From: an uncultured candidate division Zixibacteria bacterium
GTDB lineage: Bacteria; Zixibacteria; MSB-5A5; GN15; FEB-12
Assembly (NCBI GenBank): GCA_963735035.1
Contig: CAVTJJ010000004.1
Span: forward strand, 1,248,001-1,312,000
Reading direction: 5' to 3'
DNA length: 64,000 nucleotides
The position numbers and the translations under genes were made by a program. A model generated the notes under the pieces. That model was not told where the DNA came from, did no database searches, and saw nothing but the letters and a program-made list of their open reading frames with translations. Below, piece by piece: positions 51,462 to 60,483 of this stretch. Each line of letters begins with the position of its first letter. Position 1 is the first letter of the stretch.

Positions 51462-51896
51462 ATGAAGGAAATAGTTCGATACAAGAATTGCTTTGTGTGC
51501 GGCCACGACAATCCCCACGGTCTCAAAGCCCGTTTCTTCGAGCATGACGGCGGAGCCGTGACCGAACTGACCGCCGAGCCGCACTTCGAAGGATATCAGG
51601 GTTTGTATCACGGCGGAATCCTGGCGAGTCTGCTCGATGAAGTAATGATCAAGGCGGTGCTGTCTCGAGGGGTATTCGCGGTAACCGCCGAAATGACGGT
51701 TCGGTTCAAGAAGCCGATTCCGACCGGCACCAAACTCCGTCTCACCGGAAAAATTACCGGCGCAAAGAAGAGAGTGTACACTACAACCGGAGAAGCTCTA
51801 GGCCCGGACGGTACCATCTTCGCCACCGCGACCGGCACCTATATTCAGGCACGAGAAGAACTCAAGGACCAGCTTGTCAGGTCAATCGACTCCTGA
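51462..51896 (+). CDS. PaaI family hotdog-fold thioesterase
   Basis: 'CFVCGHDNPHGL', 'GYQGLYHGGILASLLDE', 'VTAEMTVRFKKP'. Confidence 0.9.
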   Translation: MKEIVRYKNCFVCGHDNPHGLKARFFEHDGGAVTELTAEPHFEGYQGLYHGGILASLLDEVMIKAVLSRGVFAVTAEMTVRFKKPIPTGTKLRLTGKITGAKKRVYTTTGEALGPDGTIFATATGTYIQAREELKDQLVRSIDS

Positions 51897-52034
51897 TTAC
51901 CAATCTGGTTCTCAAATAGTGAAATCTAATGACCATCCGGCAGGTTGCGCTCCAAATAGATGGCGTAACGTGTTGATATGCCATAGCATAGGCACAAGCC
52001 CCGGTCGGCACCAGGCTTGCTCCATCAACCTGTA

Positions 52035-52547
52035 ATGAAATCTGAATCTCCCCGAACCGAGTGCTACATTGGGTCATTTTGCCGTCCTCTGCAGGAGGCG
52101 TGGCTAGAGGATCGTGGTTTCGGCCACGGTATGATCATGTTCGCTATCCCCAGCCAGGGTATACTCTTCAAATGTCGGGCGGAGGGGAGGCCGATCGATC
52201 TCGAATTCGGAGCGTTTTTCTCTTTGTTGCGCTTCATCAAAACCTCTCTGTCGAAAGAGAAGATCAAAGCGGTAAGGGTACTTTCCTCAAATCCTGAGTT
52301 TGTGTTTGCCATCCTTAACGCGGGCAAGCCATTGAAAGCCAATCCCCAGCGCCTCAAAATTTATCGAAAGTACCTGGCCAGCTTTGATATTGAAGTGGCC
52401 TATGTTCCGTCGCGTCGTAACAAGACCGGCGTTTCCCCGATCGATTATCCCTCGGTTCCCAGGGATGCTACTCCACCGCTGACTTCTCCCAAGCGGGGCC
52501 GGGGCAGAATCAGACTTCGCCCCATCCAAAAGGGCGTTCACCTCTGA
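52035..52547 (+). CDS. Hypothetical protein with RNase H type 1-like layout, acidic catalytic residues mostly lost
   Basis: 'LEFGAFFSLLRF...VRVLSSNPEFV...FDIEVAYVPSRRN' parallels RNase HI 'AEYxALIxxL...VxVxSDSxLVV...IxHVPRxxN'. Confidence 0.5.
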   Translation: MKSESPRTECYIGSFCRPLQEAWLEDRGFGHGMIMFAIPSQGILFKCRAEGRPIDLEFGAFFSLLRFIKTSLSKEKIKAVRVLSSNPEFVFAILNAGKPLKANPQRLKIYRKYLASFDIEVAYVPSRRNKTGVSPIDYPSVPRDATPPLTSPKRGRGRIRLRPIQKGVHL

Positions 52548-52579
52548 GTTGCCCGAGTGTCGCCTCATCGGCAAACTTC

Positions 52580-52607
52580 TTGACAACATCGCTTTCGACG
52601 GTACCTT
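52580..52607 (+). promoter_or_regulatory. Sigma70 promoter of the peptidase pair
   Basis: TTGACA-N16-TACCTT. Confidence 0.5.
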
Positions 52608-52719
52608 ACAGATGTGGCCACGTACTTAGCCACCGGTCCCACAACTCGTTGCACAGGAATGAAATCGAATTCGTCTTGTGGACAACAAGGGTTTATGGCA
52701 TAAGAAGGACACCGCTACT

Positions 52720-55539
52720 ATGTTACTTCGCACTCCAATCGGCAGGATCCTCACGGGATCTATTGCGTTCGTCTCGATTCTTGTCACTGTCTCGGTCGGG
52801 GCGACCGAACCGATCGGCATGATCACGATCCGAAACGCCCAGGACGCCGCGACCGCACGCGAAGTTGTCGGTACCGCGTTCGGGCGAAGCAGCAACAAGT
52901 TTCTGGTGTCCATCAACGATGACCAGCGCGCCCAGTTGACGGCTGTCGGAATCGAGTTCGAATCGGTCATCGAAGACGCCGATCCGAGCGATGTTTACCA
53001 GATCCTCGACATGAATCGCAGTCCGAGACTAGAGATGGTAGAGATCGACCGTCTCGGCACTGTAAACGATCTTGGTCATGGCCTGCGTATCATGTCGCTT
53101 ACCAGAGCTGAGGCGGCATCCGTATCAAATGATCCCCGATTGAGAGCTATACCCCTTACCGCTCGGTCGATTCGAATCTTCTATCCAGCGACCTCAGTAG
53201 CATCACCGCTGGCGGACGAGTACCCCAGCGATTCTTTGATATCCCGCATTAATCAGGATTCACTGCAGTCATATGTCCAGAGACTGGAGAATTTTCGCAC
53301 CCGGTACACTTTTACCGACTCATGTGAAGCGGCGCGAGATTGGCTGGAACAAAAATTTCGGTCCTGGGGATATACCGATGTTACCAAACCGGGGTACTAC
53401 GACTCCTATCTTAATAGTTGGGTCTATAATGTTCAGTGCGTGAAGCCCGGAGTGACACAACCGGAAGAATATATTGTCATGGGTGGTCACTACGATTCCT
53501 GGACCGACGGTCAACAGTCACCCGGTCCCGGGGCGTATGCGCCGGGAGCCGATGATGACGCTACAGGTGTAGCCCTGATCCTTGAGATGGCGCGGGTGCT
53601 GGCCGATGTCCCTCTCCGCAAGAGCATTGTCTTCATACCTTTTGACGCCGAGGAAGTCGGGTTGGTCGGCTCGGCTTTTGCTGCCAACGGTTTTGCCAGC
53701 AGAGGTGATAATCTCGAAGTCATGTACAACTTCGACATGGTGGCATTTACCGACGATCCGGTGTGGGACTTGAATTATGCGGCGGGCGATATTGCTGTGT
53801 ATCGTAATTTCTCGACCGCTACGGCCGCCCGGGTCAGCAGCCTTATTCCCATCGTCACTTCCATGGGACAGAGCTCAGATCACGCCACTTTCGACGCGGC
53901 CGGTTTCCCAATCGTTGATCACATCGAATCCGATTTCAATACTATCGGTTGGCACACCAATGCAGATATATCGAGTCGTCTCAATTTCCCCTATTTCAAG
54001 GAAGTCGCGAAGGCCGCACTGGCCTCGGTGGCCGTAGTTGCCGATGCCGCATATCCGGCCACTGTGAACCAAATCGCTGATCCGGGCGACGGTCAATCGC
54101 TTCAAGTGTCCTGGTCGAATTGCGACTCCGACTGCGACTACACGGTCTACTGGGGAACTCAACCGGGCGTGTATGTCGATTCCTCGTCTGTGCCCGCAGG
54201 CGACTGCAGCTTCACGATCCCTGCCCTGACTGACGGGGTTGAGTACCATATCTTGGCGGTGGGTACAGCGCCTCAGGGATATCGCGCCTTCTACGGTATA
54301 GAGGGGAGCGGCACCCCTTACCTGTATCCCCGGGTGCCGTTCGGTTTGGCCGGGAGTCCGTCCCCCAACCAGATGCGCCTGTACCTGACCTGGCAGCCTA
54401 ACGCCGAACTGGATTTTTCTCACTATCGAGTATACCGGCGGCCGGGTACGGTAGGAGAATGGCAACTGTATCAGGACGGAGTTACGGGAACAACGTTTTC
54501 AGATGTGAACGTCCTGCCTCATGTGGGGTATGAGTACGCCGTGACAGCGGTGGACATGACGGGGTATGAGTCGCCGAAGTCGTCGACGGTGACGATCTTC
54601 CCGGCCACTTACGACGGCGGTCCGGTGGTTGCGGACGGATTCGTGAAGGATCATGACTATGATCCGGACCAGGCCTGGCAGGAAGCGTGGTTGGATACGA
54701 TCTTTGGCCCGATCGGATTCAGTGTGGCGCCGTCGGATGAGAACGGTGGACCGGTAACGCTTTCGACCATCGGGCAGTACGGGACGTTGGTTTGGATTGA
54801 CGACGACGTAATTTACAAGAACATCAGCCAGAGCAACGCGACTTTGGACGAATACTCGAAACATGGTACGAACATGCTGATATCGGGGTACCGGACCTGG
54901 TTTACCTGGGCGGCCAAGTCGGTGCCAACCAGTCACCTGCTGTATCGTGAATTTGGGCTGACCAGCTATGACTACACGCCGTATTTCGATTTCATCGGGG
55001 CTGTAGGGGAGAATGGGTGGCCGTCGGTCCAAATCGATCGGACCCGGGGTATGCGCGAATGGCGAGACATTGCCAAACTGGCGGGGCGTCCGGGATCACA
55101 GGTGATTCTGCGTTTTGATTCAGAAATGGATCTTCCCGAATGGGAAGGGCAGCCGGTGGGGATTACCTATCAGACCGCAAACGGGAAGCGGGTCCTGTTG
55201 GCGTTTCCGCTATACTATTTAACTCCCGCCTCGGCGACGGCTCTGATGGCCAAGGTGTTTGAGTATTTTGCCGTCACGAACCAGTTTGACAAGGGCGATC
55301 TGAATCATTCCGGGACGGTGGATATCGGAGACGTTTCGATATTGATCGATCATCTGTTCATCAGTCTGGACCCGTTGGCATACCCCGAAGACGCTGATAT
55401 GGACGGGGTCCACGGAGTGAGCATCGGCGACGTAATGTACCTGATCAGCTACCTCTTCCTGGGCGGCCCGGCGCCCGTGCCGACGGGAGGAACTGGTACA
55501 GGAGGGCTTCCCTTGCCGGGGGGCGACGGCGTACACTAG
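52720..55539 (+). CDS. Secreted M28 metallopeptidase with FN3-like domains and C-terminal dockerin-like domain (copy 1)
   Basis: Signal peptide; 'GGHYDS', 'PGADDDATG', 'AEEVGLVGS', 'NFDM', 'SDH', 'WHT'; FN3-like 'LTWQPNAELDFSHYRVYR...YEYAVTAVD'; 'KGDLNHSGTVDIGD...ADMDGVHGVSIGDVMYLISYLFLGGPAP'. Confidence 0.88.
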   Translation: MLLRTPIGRILTGSIAFVSILVTVSVGATEPIGMITIRNAQDAATAREVVGTAFGRSSNKFLVSINDDQRAQLTAVGIEFESVIEDADPSDVYQILDMNRSPRLEMVEIDRLGTVNDLGHGLRIMSLTRAEAASVSNDPRLRAIPLTARSIRIFYPATSVASPLADEYPSDSLISRINQDSLQSYVQRLENFRTRYTFTDSCEAARDWLEQKFRSWGYTDVTKPGYYDSYLNSWVYNVQCVKPGVTQPEEYIVMGGHYDSWTDGQQSPGPGAYAPGADDDATGVALILEMARVLADVPLRKSIVFIPFDAEEVGLVGSAFAANGFASRGDNLEVMYNFDMVAFTDDPVWDLNYAAGDIAVYRNFSTATAARVSSLIPIVTSMGQSSDHATFDAAGFPIVDHIESDFNTIGWHTNADISSRLNFPYFKEVAKAALASVAVVADAAYPATVNQIADPGDGQSLQVSWSNCDSDCDYTVYWGTQPGVYVDSSSVPAGDCSFTIPALTDGVEYHILAVGTAPQGYRAFYGIEGSGTPYLYPRVPFGLAGSPSPNQMRLYLTWQPNAELDFSHYRVYRRPGTVGEWQLYQDGVTGTTFSDVNVLPHVGYEYAVTAVDMTGYESPKSSTVTIFPATYDGGPVVADGFVKDHDYDPDQAWQEAWLDTIFGPIGFSVAPSDENGGPVTLSTIGQYGTLVWIDDDVIYKNISQSNATLDEYSKHGTNMLISGYRTWFTWAAKSVPTSHLLYREFGLTSYDYTPYFDFIGAVGENGWPSVQIDRTRGMREWRDIAKLAGRPGSQVILRFDSEMDLPEWEGQPVGITYQTANGKRVLLAFPLYYLTPASATALMAKVFEYFAVTNQFDKGDLNHSGTVDIGDVSILIDHLFISLDPLAYPEDADMDGVHGVSIGDVMYLISYLFLGGPAPVPTGGTGTGGLPLPGGDGVH
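54352..55485 (+). repeat. Direct repeat copy A (3' part of peptidase 1)
   Basis: Aligns to 57257-58390 (offset 2905). 54793-55485 reads identical; the upstream part has scattered substitutions. Confidence 0.95.
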
Positions 55540-55633
55540 ACGCCAAGATGTACATAGTGTAAGTTACTATCTCTTCGACGGCGTTCCCGCAGGACACCGT
55601 GCGGAGAACGAATAGCAGAGGAAAGGGGTTGCT

Positions 55634-58396
55634 GTGAAATCTCAGCGGCGTTTCCTTTCAACGGCCGTGTTGGTCGGCCTAATAGCCGTACTTACGCTGG
55701 CCACGAGGGGACGGGGGGATGATCTGGTGCGGATCGTCATTAATAACCCGACTGAGGGACAAATCGTAAATGCAATCGCTGGAAATGCCGTCGCGCGTGA
55801 TAAGAATGCTTTTTTGTTAGTCTTGGACGAAGCGGGGCGGCAATCCATATCTAATGCCGGAGTAGCGCTCCAGACCCTCATGGAAGATGTTGATCTTTCT
55901 GAGTTGTACTACATTCCAGACCGTGGTCGGTCAATTGTTCAGCAGTCGCTCGATTGGGGAAAGGTGGGCCGAAGTGCGACCGTGGGGGAAAGCCGACTGA
56001 TCTTGCAAATGAGTCGTGCAATGGCAGCTTCACTGGCTGAAGGTTACCGTGTCGGGGCCGTGCCGTTGTGTCAACGCGCCGTACCCGTCAGGTACGTACC
56101 GCTCTCAAGCGGAAGGAGTCAGCCCGAGGATTTTGCACACGATACCCTGGCTACACTGGTCAATCAGGACTCCATCTACTCCTACAATAAGCGTCTTGAA
56201 GAATTCGCCACCCGATACGTATTCACTGACTCCGTTGATCGTGCTCGCGACTGGATCGAGGAAAAATTCCTGTCTTTCGGCTACGCGGACGTGACTGTCC
56301 AACCTTTCTTTCATAGCAGTTGGGCCGGCACGGGATACGGTTACAACGTCATTACCGTTAAGTCGGGAAACGTCGAGCCGGACAAGGTCGTTCTTATTGG
56401 TGCCCATTATGACTCATATAGCACGATCGATCCTTTTAACTTCGCGCCGGGAGCAGACGACGACGCTTCGGGAGTAGCGTTGATGCTCGAGTTGGCTCGC
56501 ATCCTTGCCGATCAACCCCTGCGCAAGACGGTAATGTTCGTGGCCTTTTCTGCGGAAGAACAGTGGATGTACGGGTCGGGGTATCTGGCTAATCAAATGC
56601 ACGCCGCCGGCACAGAATTAGAAGCTATGTTCAACTACGATATGGTCGCCTACACCGCCGACAATTACTGGGACCTCGAAGTACATTCCGAATATCAGGA
56701 TGTCTATCGAGCGGTAACCGCTGCTGCGGCAGGGCGTGTTACTCTGCTACATCCGGCCGAGCCAGGCTTGTCTCGTCCCGGAGACAATTATCCATTCGAG
56801 GACCTGGGTTACCCGACAATTCGCATAGAAGAATCAGATTTCAATACTCCTAACTATCACCTTGAAACCGACCTTTGCTCAGAGCTCAATTTCCCTTATC
56901 TGACCGAAGTCGCGAAAATGGCAATAGTAGCTCTCGCTTCGGTAGCCGATGCTCCGTATCCGATCATGAATGTCAGCCTGGCAGATGTCGGGGACGGCCA
57001 GTCACTGCAGGTTTCCTGGCCCAACTGTGCCACCGATTGCAGTCACTGGATTTGCTGGGGCGGCGGTTCCGGCCAATATACCGACTCGACGTTGGTTCCT
57101 CCTGGACAATGCACCTACACGGTGACCGGGCTCATCCCTGAACAGGTCTGTTATGTAGCAGTCTACGGTTTGTCTCCACAACTGCAGAGGGCAATGTACG
57201 CGGTAGAGCGAAGCGGAACGTCAATGCTCTATCCCCGGATACCTTCAGGTTTGGGGGGGAGTCCGTCCCCCAACCAGATGCGCCTCGACCTGGCCTGGCA
57301 GCCTAACGCCGAACTGGATTTTTCTCACTATCGATTGTACCGGCGACCGGGTACGGTAGGAGAATGGCAACTGTATCAGGACGGAGTTACGGGAACGACA
57401 TTTTCAGATGTGAACGTCCTGCCTCATGTGGGGTATGAGTACGCCGTTACAGCGGTGGATATGACAGGGTATGAGTCGCCGAAGTCTTCGACGGTGGTGG
57501 TCTATCCGGCCACTTACGATGGTGGTCCGGTGGTAGCGGACGGATTCGTTAAGGATCATGACTATGATCCGGACCAGGCCTGGCAGGAAGCGTGGTTGGA
57601 TACGATCTTTGGCCCGTTCGGATTTAGCGTGGCGCCATCGGATGAGAATGGCGGGCCGGTTACTCTTTCGACCATCGGTCAGTATGGGACGTTGCTGTGG
57701 ATTGACGACGACGTAATTTACAAGAACATCAGCCAGAGCAACGCGACTTTGGACGAATACTCGAAACATGGTACGAACATGCTGATATCGGGGTACCGGA
57801 CCTGGTTTACCTGGGCGGCCAAGTCGGTGCCAACCAGTCACCTGCTGTATCGTGAATTTGGGCTGACCAGCTATGACTACACGCCGTATTTCGATTTCAT
57901 CGGGGCTGTAGGGGAGAATGGGTGGCCGTCGGTCCAAATCGATCGGACCCGGGGTATGCGCGAATGGCGAGACATTGCCAAACTGGCGGGGCGTCCGGGA
58001 TCACAGGTGATTCTGCGTTTTGATTCAGAAATGGATCTTCCCGAATGGGAAGGGCAGCCGGTGGGGATTACCTATCAGACCGCAAACGGGAAGCGGGTCC
58101 TGTTGGCGTTTCCGCTATACTATTTAACTCCCGCCTCGGCGACGGCTCTGATGGCCAAGGTGTTTGAGTATTTTGCCGTCACGAACCAGTTTGACAAGGG
58201 CGATCTGAATCATTCCGGGACGGTGGATATCGGAGACGTTTCGATATTGATCGATCATCTGTTCATCAGTCTGGACCCGTTGGCATACCCCGAAGACGCT
58301 GATATGGACGGGGTCCACGGAGTGAGCATCGGCGACGTAATGTACCTGATCAGCTACCTCTTCCTGGGCGGCCCGGCGCCCGTGCCGACGCCGTAG
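55634..58396 (+). CDS. Secreted M28 metallopeptidase with FN3-like domains and C-terminal dockerin-like domain (copy 2)
   Basis: GTG start after GAGGAAAGGGG; 'GAHYDS', 'PGADDDASG', 'AEEQWMYGS', 'NYDM', 'YHL'; same C-terminal modules as copy 1. Confidence 0.88.
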   Translation: MKSQRRFLSTAVLVGLIAVLTLATRGRGDDLVRIVINNPTEGQIVNAIAGNAVARDKNAFLLVLDEAGRQSISNAGVALQTLMEDVDLSELYYIPDRGRSIVQQSLDWGKVGRSATVGESRLILQMSRAMAASLAEGYRVGAVPLCQRAVPVRYVPLSSGRSQPEDFAHDTLATLVNQDSIYSYNKRLEEFATRYVFTDSVDRARDWIEEKFLSFGYADVTVQPFFHSSWAGTGYGYNVITVKSGNVEPDKVVLIGAHYDSYSTIDPFNFAPGADDDASGVALMLELARILADQPLRKTVMFVAFSAEEQWMYGSGYLANQMHAAGTELEAMFNYDMVAYTADNYWDLEVHSEYQDVYRAVTAAAAGRVTLLHPAEPGLSRPGDNYPFEDLGYPTIRIEESDFNTPNYHLETDLCSELNFPYLTEVAKMAIVALASVADAPYPIMNVSLADVGDGQSLQVSWPNCATDCSHWICWGGGSGQYTDSTLVPPGQCTYTVTGLIPEQVCYVAVYGLSPQLQRAMYAVERSGTSMLYPRIPSGLGGSPSPNQMRLDLAWQPNAELDFSHYRLYRRPGTVGEWQLYQDGVTGTTFSDVNVLPHVGYEYAVTAVDMTGYESPKSSTVVVYPATYDGGPVVADGFVKDHDYDPDQAWQEAWLDTIFGPFGFSVAPSDENGGPVTLSTIGQYGTLLWIDDDVIYKNISQSNATLDEYSKHGTNMLISGYRTWFTWAAKSVPTSHLLYREFGLTSYDYTPYFDFIGAVGENGWPSVQIDRTRGMREWRDIAKLAGRPGSQVILRFDSEMDLPEWEGQPVGITYQTANGKRVLLAFPLYYLTPASATALMAKVFEYFAVTNQFDKGDLNHSGTVDIGDVSILIDHLFISLDPLAYPEDADMDGVHGVSIGDVMYLISYLFLGGPAPVPTP
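57257..58390 (+). repeat. Direct repeat copy B (3' part of peptidase 2)
   Basis: Partner of 54352-55485; 57698-58390 reads identical to 54793-55485. Confidence 0.95.
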
Positions 58397-58513
58397 ATAT
58401 TATTCTCGGTGGGGTCACCCCGCCGATGGCCCTCAAAAACTTGTTGAATCAACCCGGGGGAGAGAGCTACGTTCGGTTATGCCTGCTCCCAATAGACAAA
58501 GGTTCGGGTCTGG

Positions 58514-58548
58514 AAAACAGAAACCCGCGCCAAGGGAGGCGCGGGTTT
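58514..58548 (-). terminator. Intrinsic terminator of rpsT (possibly bidirectional)
   Basis: AAACCCGCGCC-6 nt-GGCGCGGGTTT; on the minus strand it is followed by CTGTTTT. Confidence 0.8.
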
Positions 58549-58577
58549 GGTATTTTATGCTGTCAGAGAATGTCAGA

Positions 58578-58832
58578 CTAAGCGAGTTTGGAGACGAACT
58601 GCGTGAGCCGCGATTTGTTTCGGGCTGCGGTGCGCTTGTGAATCAAGCCGCTGCCAGCCGCTTTATCGATGATCGAAGTGGTCTCCTGGAGAATCTTGGC
58701 CGCCGCTTCGCGATTAGTCGCAGTGCGGACGTCTTTAATGGCCTGACGCAGACGGGAACGGAAAGCCCGATTCCTCTCGCGCTCTTCTCCGGCGATTCTC
58801 ATGCGCTTGACGCAGGATTTATGATTCGGCAA
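58578..58832 (-). CDS. rpsT: 30S ribosomal protein S20
   Basis: 'PNHKSCVKRMR...RNRAFRS...IDKAA..GLIHKRTAARNKSRL'; TTG start with AAAGGAAG RBS. Confidence 0.96.
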   Translation of the reverse strand: MPNHKSCVKRMRIAGEERERNRAFRSRLRQAIKDVRTATNREAAAKILQETTSIIDKAAGSGLIHKRTAARNKSRLTQFVSKLA

Positions 58833-58872
58833 AGGTCTTCCTTTCGTTATTTCACCGATAACTTAGCTCGGA

Positions 58873-58900
58873 AATATAGCCGACGGAGCTGTTTTGTCAA
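58873..58900 (-). promoter_or_regulatory. Sigma70 promoter of rpsT
   Basis: Minus-strand TTGACA-N16-TATATT. Confidence 0.6.
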
Positions 58901-60462
58901 CCGATAAGATCAAGAAAAGCTCCAATGTGGCTTCGGTCGGTAAAGTCTCGGCCGCAACGGCCGTTTCCCGCGTTCTGGGGCTGGTTCGCGAGCAGGTCCA
59001 GGCCTATCTGTTTGGCGCCTCGATGGCTACCGATGCCTTTGTGGCCGCTTTCCGGATTCCCAACCTGCTGCGTGACCTGTTTGCCGAAGGGGCTCTTTCG
59101 GCCGCTTTTGTCCCGGTTTTCAAGGAACAGCTGGTCAACGACACGGAACAGAGCGCCTTCGATCTGGCCTGCACGGTCGCAACCGCCATAATGGTAGTCG
59201 TGGGCGGAGTGGTACTCCTCGGGATTGTAGCGACCCCGGTCCTTATCTTTGTCTCGGCCAACGGGTTTACCGACGAACCGGAGAAGTTTACTCTTACCGT
59301 CGAAATGACCCGGATCATGTGGGTCTTTCTCTTGCTGGTGTCGCTGTCCGCCCTGTTTATGGGCATGCTGAATTCGTTTGGAAGGTTCGGAATTCCCGCT
59401 CTTTCGCCGGCGTTATTTAATCTCGGCATTATTGGCTGCGCGGTTCTGATGTATCGCTGGCTGGACATACCGGTTTACGCGATGGCAATCGGGGTGGTCG
59501 TCGGGGGGCTGGGTCAGTTGCTGATCCTGGTGCCTCAATTACGACGAACCGGTTTTCGGTTTCGATGGCGATTCAATTTCCTGGATCAGAACTTCCGCAA
59601 AGTCATGCGATTGTTCTTACCCATGGTGGTCGGGCTGTCGGCCAGCCGGGTCAACATCCTGGTGAGTACTCTGCTTGCCTCGTATCTGGCCGAGGGATCG
59701 ATTTCTTATTTGAATTATTCGTTCCGCCTGATGCATTTTCCGCTGGGAGTATTCGGAGTGGCGCTCGGAACTGTCTACTTGCCAAATGCTTCCGAACTGG
59801 CAGCCCGGAGGGAAATGGATCGCCTTACCGCGGCCTTTCACGAGTCAATAAATCTAAACATGTTTCTTGTGGTGCCATCGGCCGCGTTTCTGGCAATCAT
59901 GGGCCACGAGTTGGTTGATGTCGTCTATCGCTGGGGCAGATTCTCCGAAGCTGATTCCGCCAATACGGCAATCGCCCTTTTTCACTATTCGTATGGCCTG
60001 ATAGGTTTTGCCGCGGTACGCGTAACGGTGCCAATCTACTATGCGCTAAAGGACTCATCGCTCCCGATGCGCTTTTCAGTAATCTCGGTAATCGTAAACA
60101 TCGCGCTATATTATCCGCTTATGAAGATGTTCAGCTTCGCCGGACTGGCGGCTGCGACTTCGATTGCAGGTCTGGTAAATTTCGGTTTGCTTCTGGGATT
60201 TCTTCCGCGCAAGGAAGTGAAGCCGGCTTATGGGCGGCTCTTGCTCGTCTTCCTTCGCGTCACGTTGGCCAGTGTGGTCGCGTTCTGGCTGGCGTCAATG
60301 TTGCCAATCCCGTCACCCGACAGCTGGTCCGAAAAGATTCAGCGTATCTGGGAATTTGGCATACGCACGTGCGTCGGAGCAGCGCTCTATTTGGGTCTCT
60401 GCGCGGTGCTCCGAGTCCAGGAGCTGCAATTGGTGCTCAACAAGGTAATTCGTCGCAAGTGA
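58894..60462 (+). CDS. murJ: Lipid II flippase MurJ
   Basis: 'SRVLGLVRE', 'DAFVAAFRIPNLLRDLFAEGALSAAFVP', 'RLMHFPLG'; divergent from rpsT. Start TTG 58894 or GTG 58927. Confidence 0.95.
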   Translation: MSTDKIKKSSNVASVGKVSAATAVSRVLGLVREQVQAYLFGASMATDAFVAAFRIPNLLRDLFAEGALSAAFVPVFKEQLVNDTEQSAFDLACTVATAIMVVVGGVVLLGIVATPVLIFVSANGFTDEPEKFTLTVEMTRIMWVFLLLVSLSALFMGMLNSFGRFGIPALSPALFNLGIIGCAVLMYRWLDIPVYAMAIGVVVGGLGQLLILVPQLRRTGFRFRWRFNFLDQNFRKVMRLFLPMVVGLSASRVNILVSTLLASYLAEGSISYLNYSFRLMHFPLGVFGVALGTVYLPNASELAARREMDRLTAAFHESINLNMFLVVPSAAFLAIMGHELVDVVYRWGRFSEADSANTAIALFHYSYGLIGFAAVRVTVPIYYALKDSSLPMRFSVISVIVNIALYYPLMKMFSFAGLAAATSIAGLVNFGLLLGFLPRKEVKPAYGRLLLVFLRVTLASVVAFWLASMLPIPSPDSWSEKIQRIWEFGIRTCVGAALYLGLCAVLRVQELQLVLNKVIRRK

Positions 60463-60483
60463 GGTAATTACGGGGAGGGTGTG

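Noticed and set aside
54352..58390. Repeat pair as template/variable regions of a diversity-generating retroelement
   Set aside because: Mismatches include G/T, C/T and G/C changes rather than being adenine-specific, both copies are coding, and no reverse transcriptase is present in the window.
58854..58861. ACCGATAA upstream of murJ as a fourth sigma-28 promoter
   Set aside because: No TAAA-like -35 at 15-16 nt spacing; it lies in the rpsT leader.
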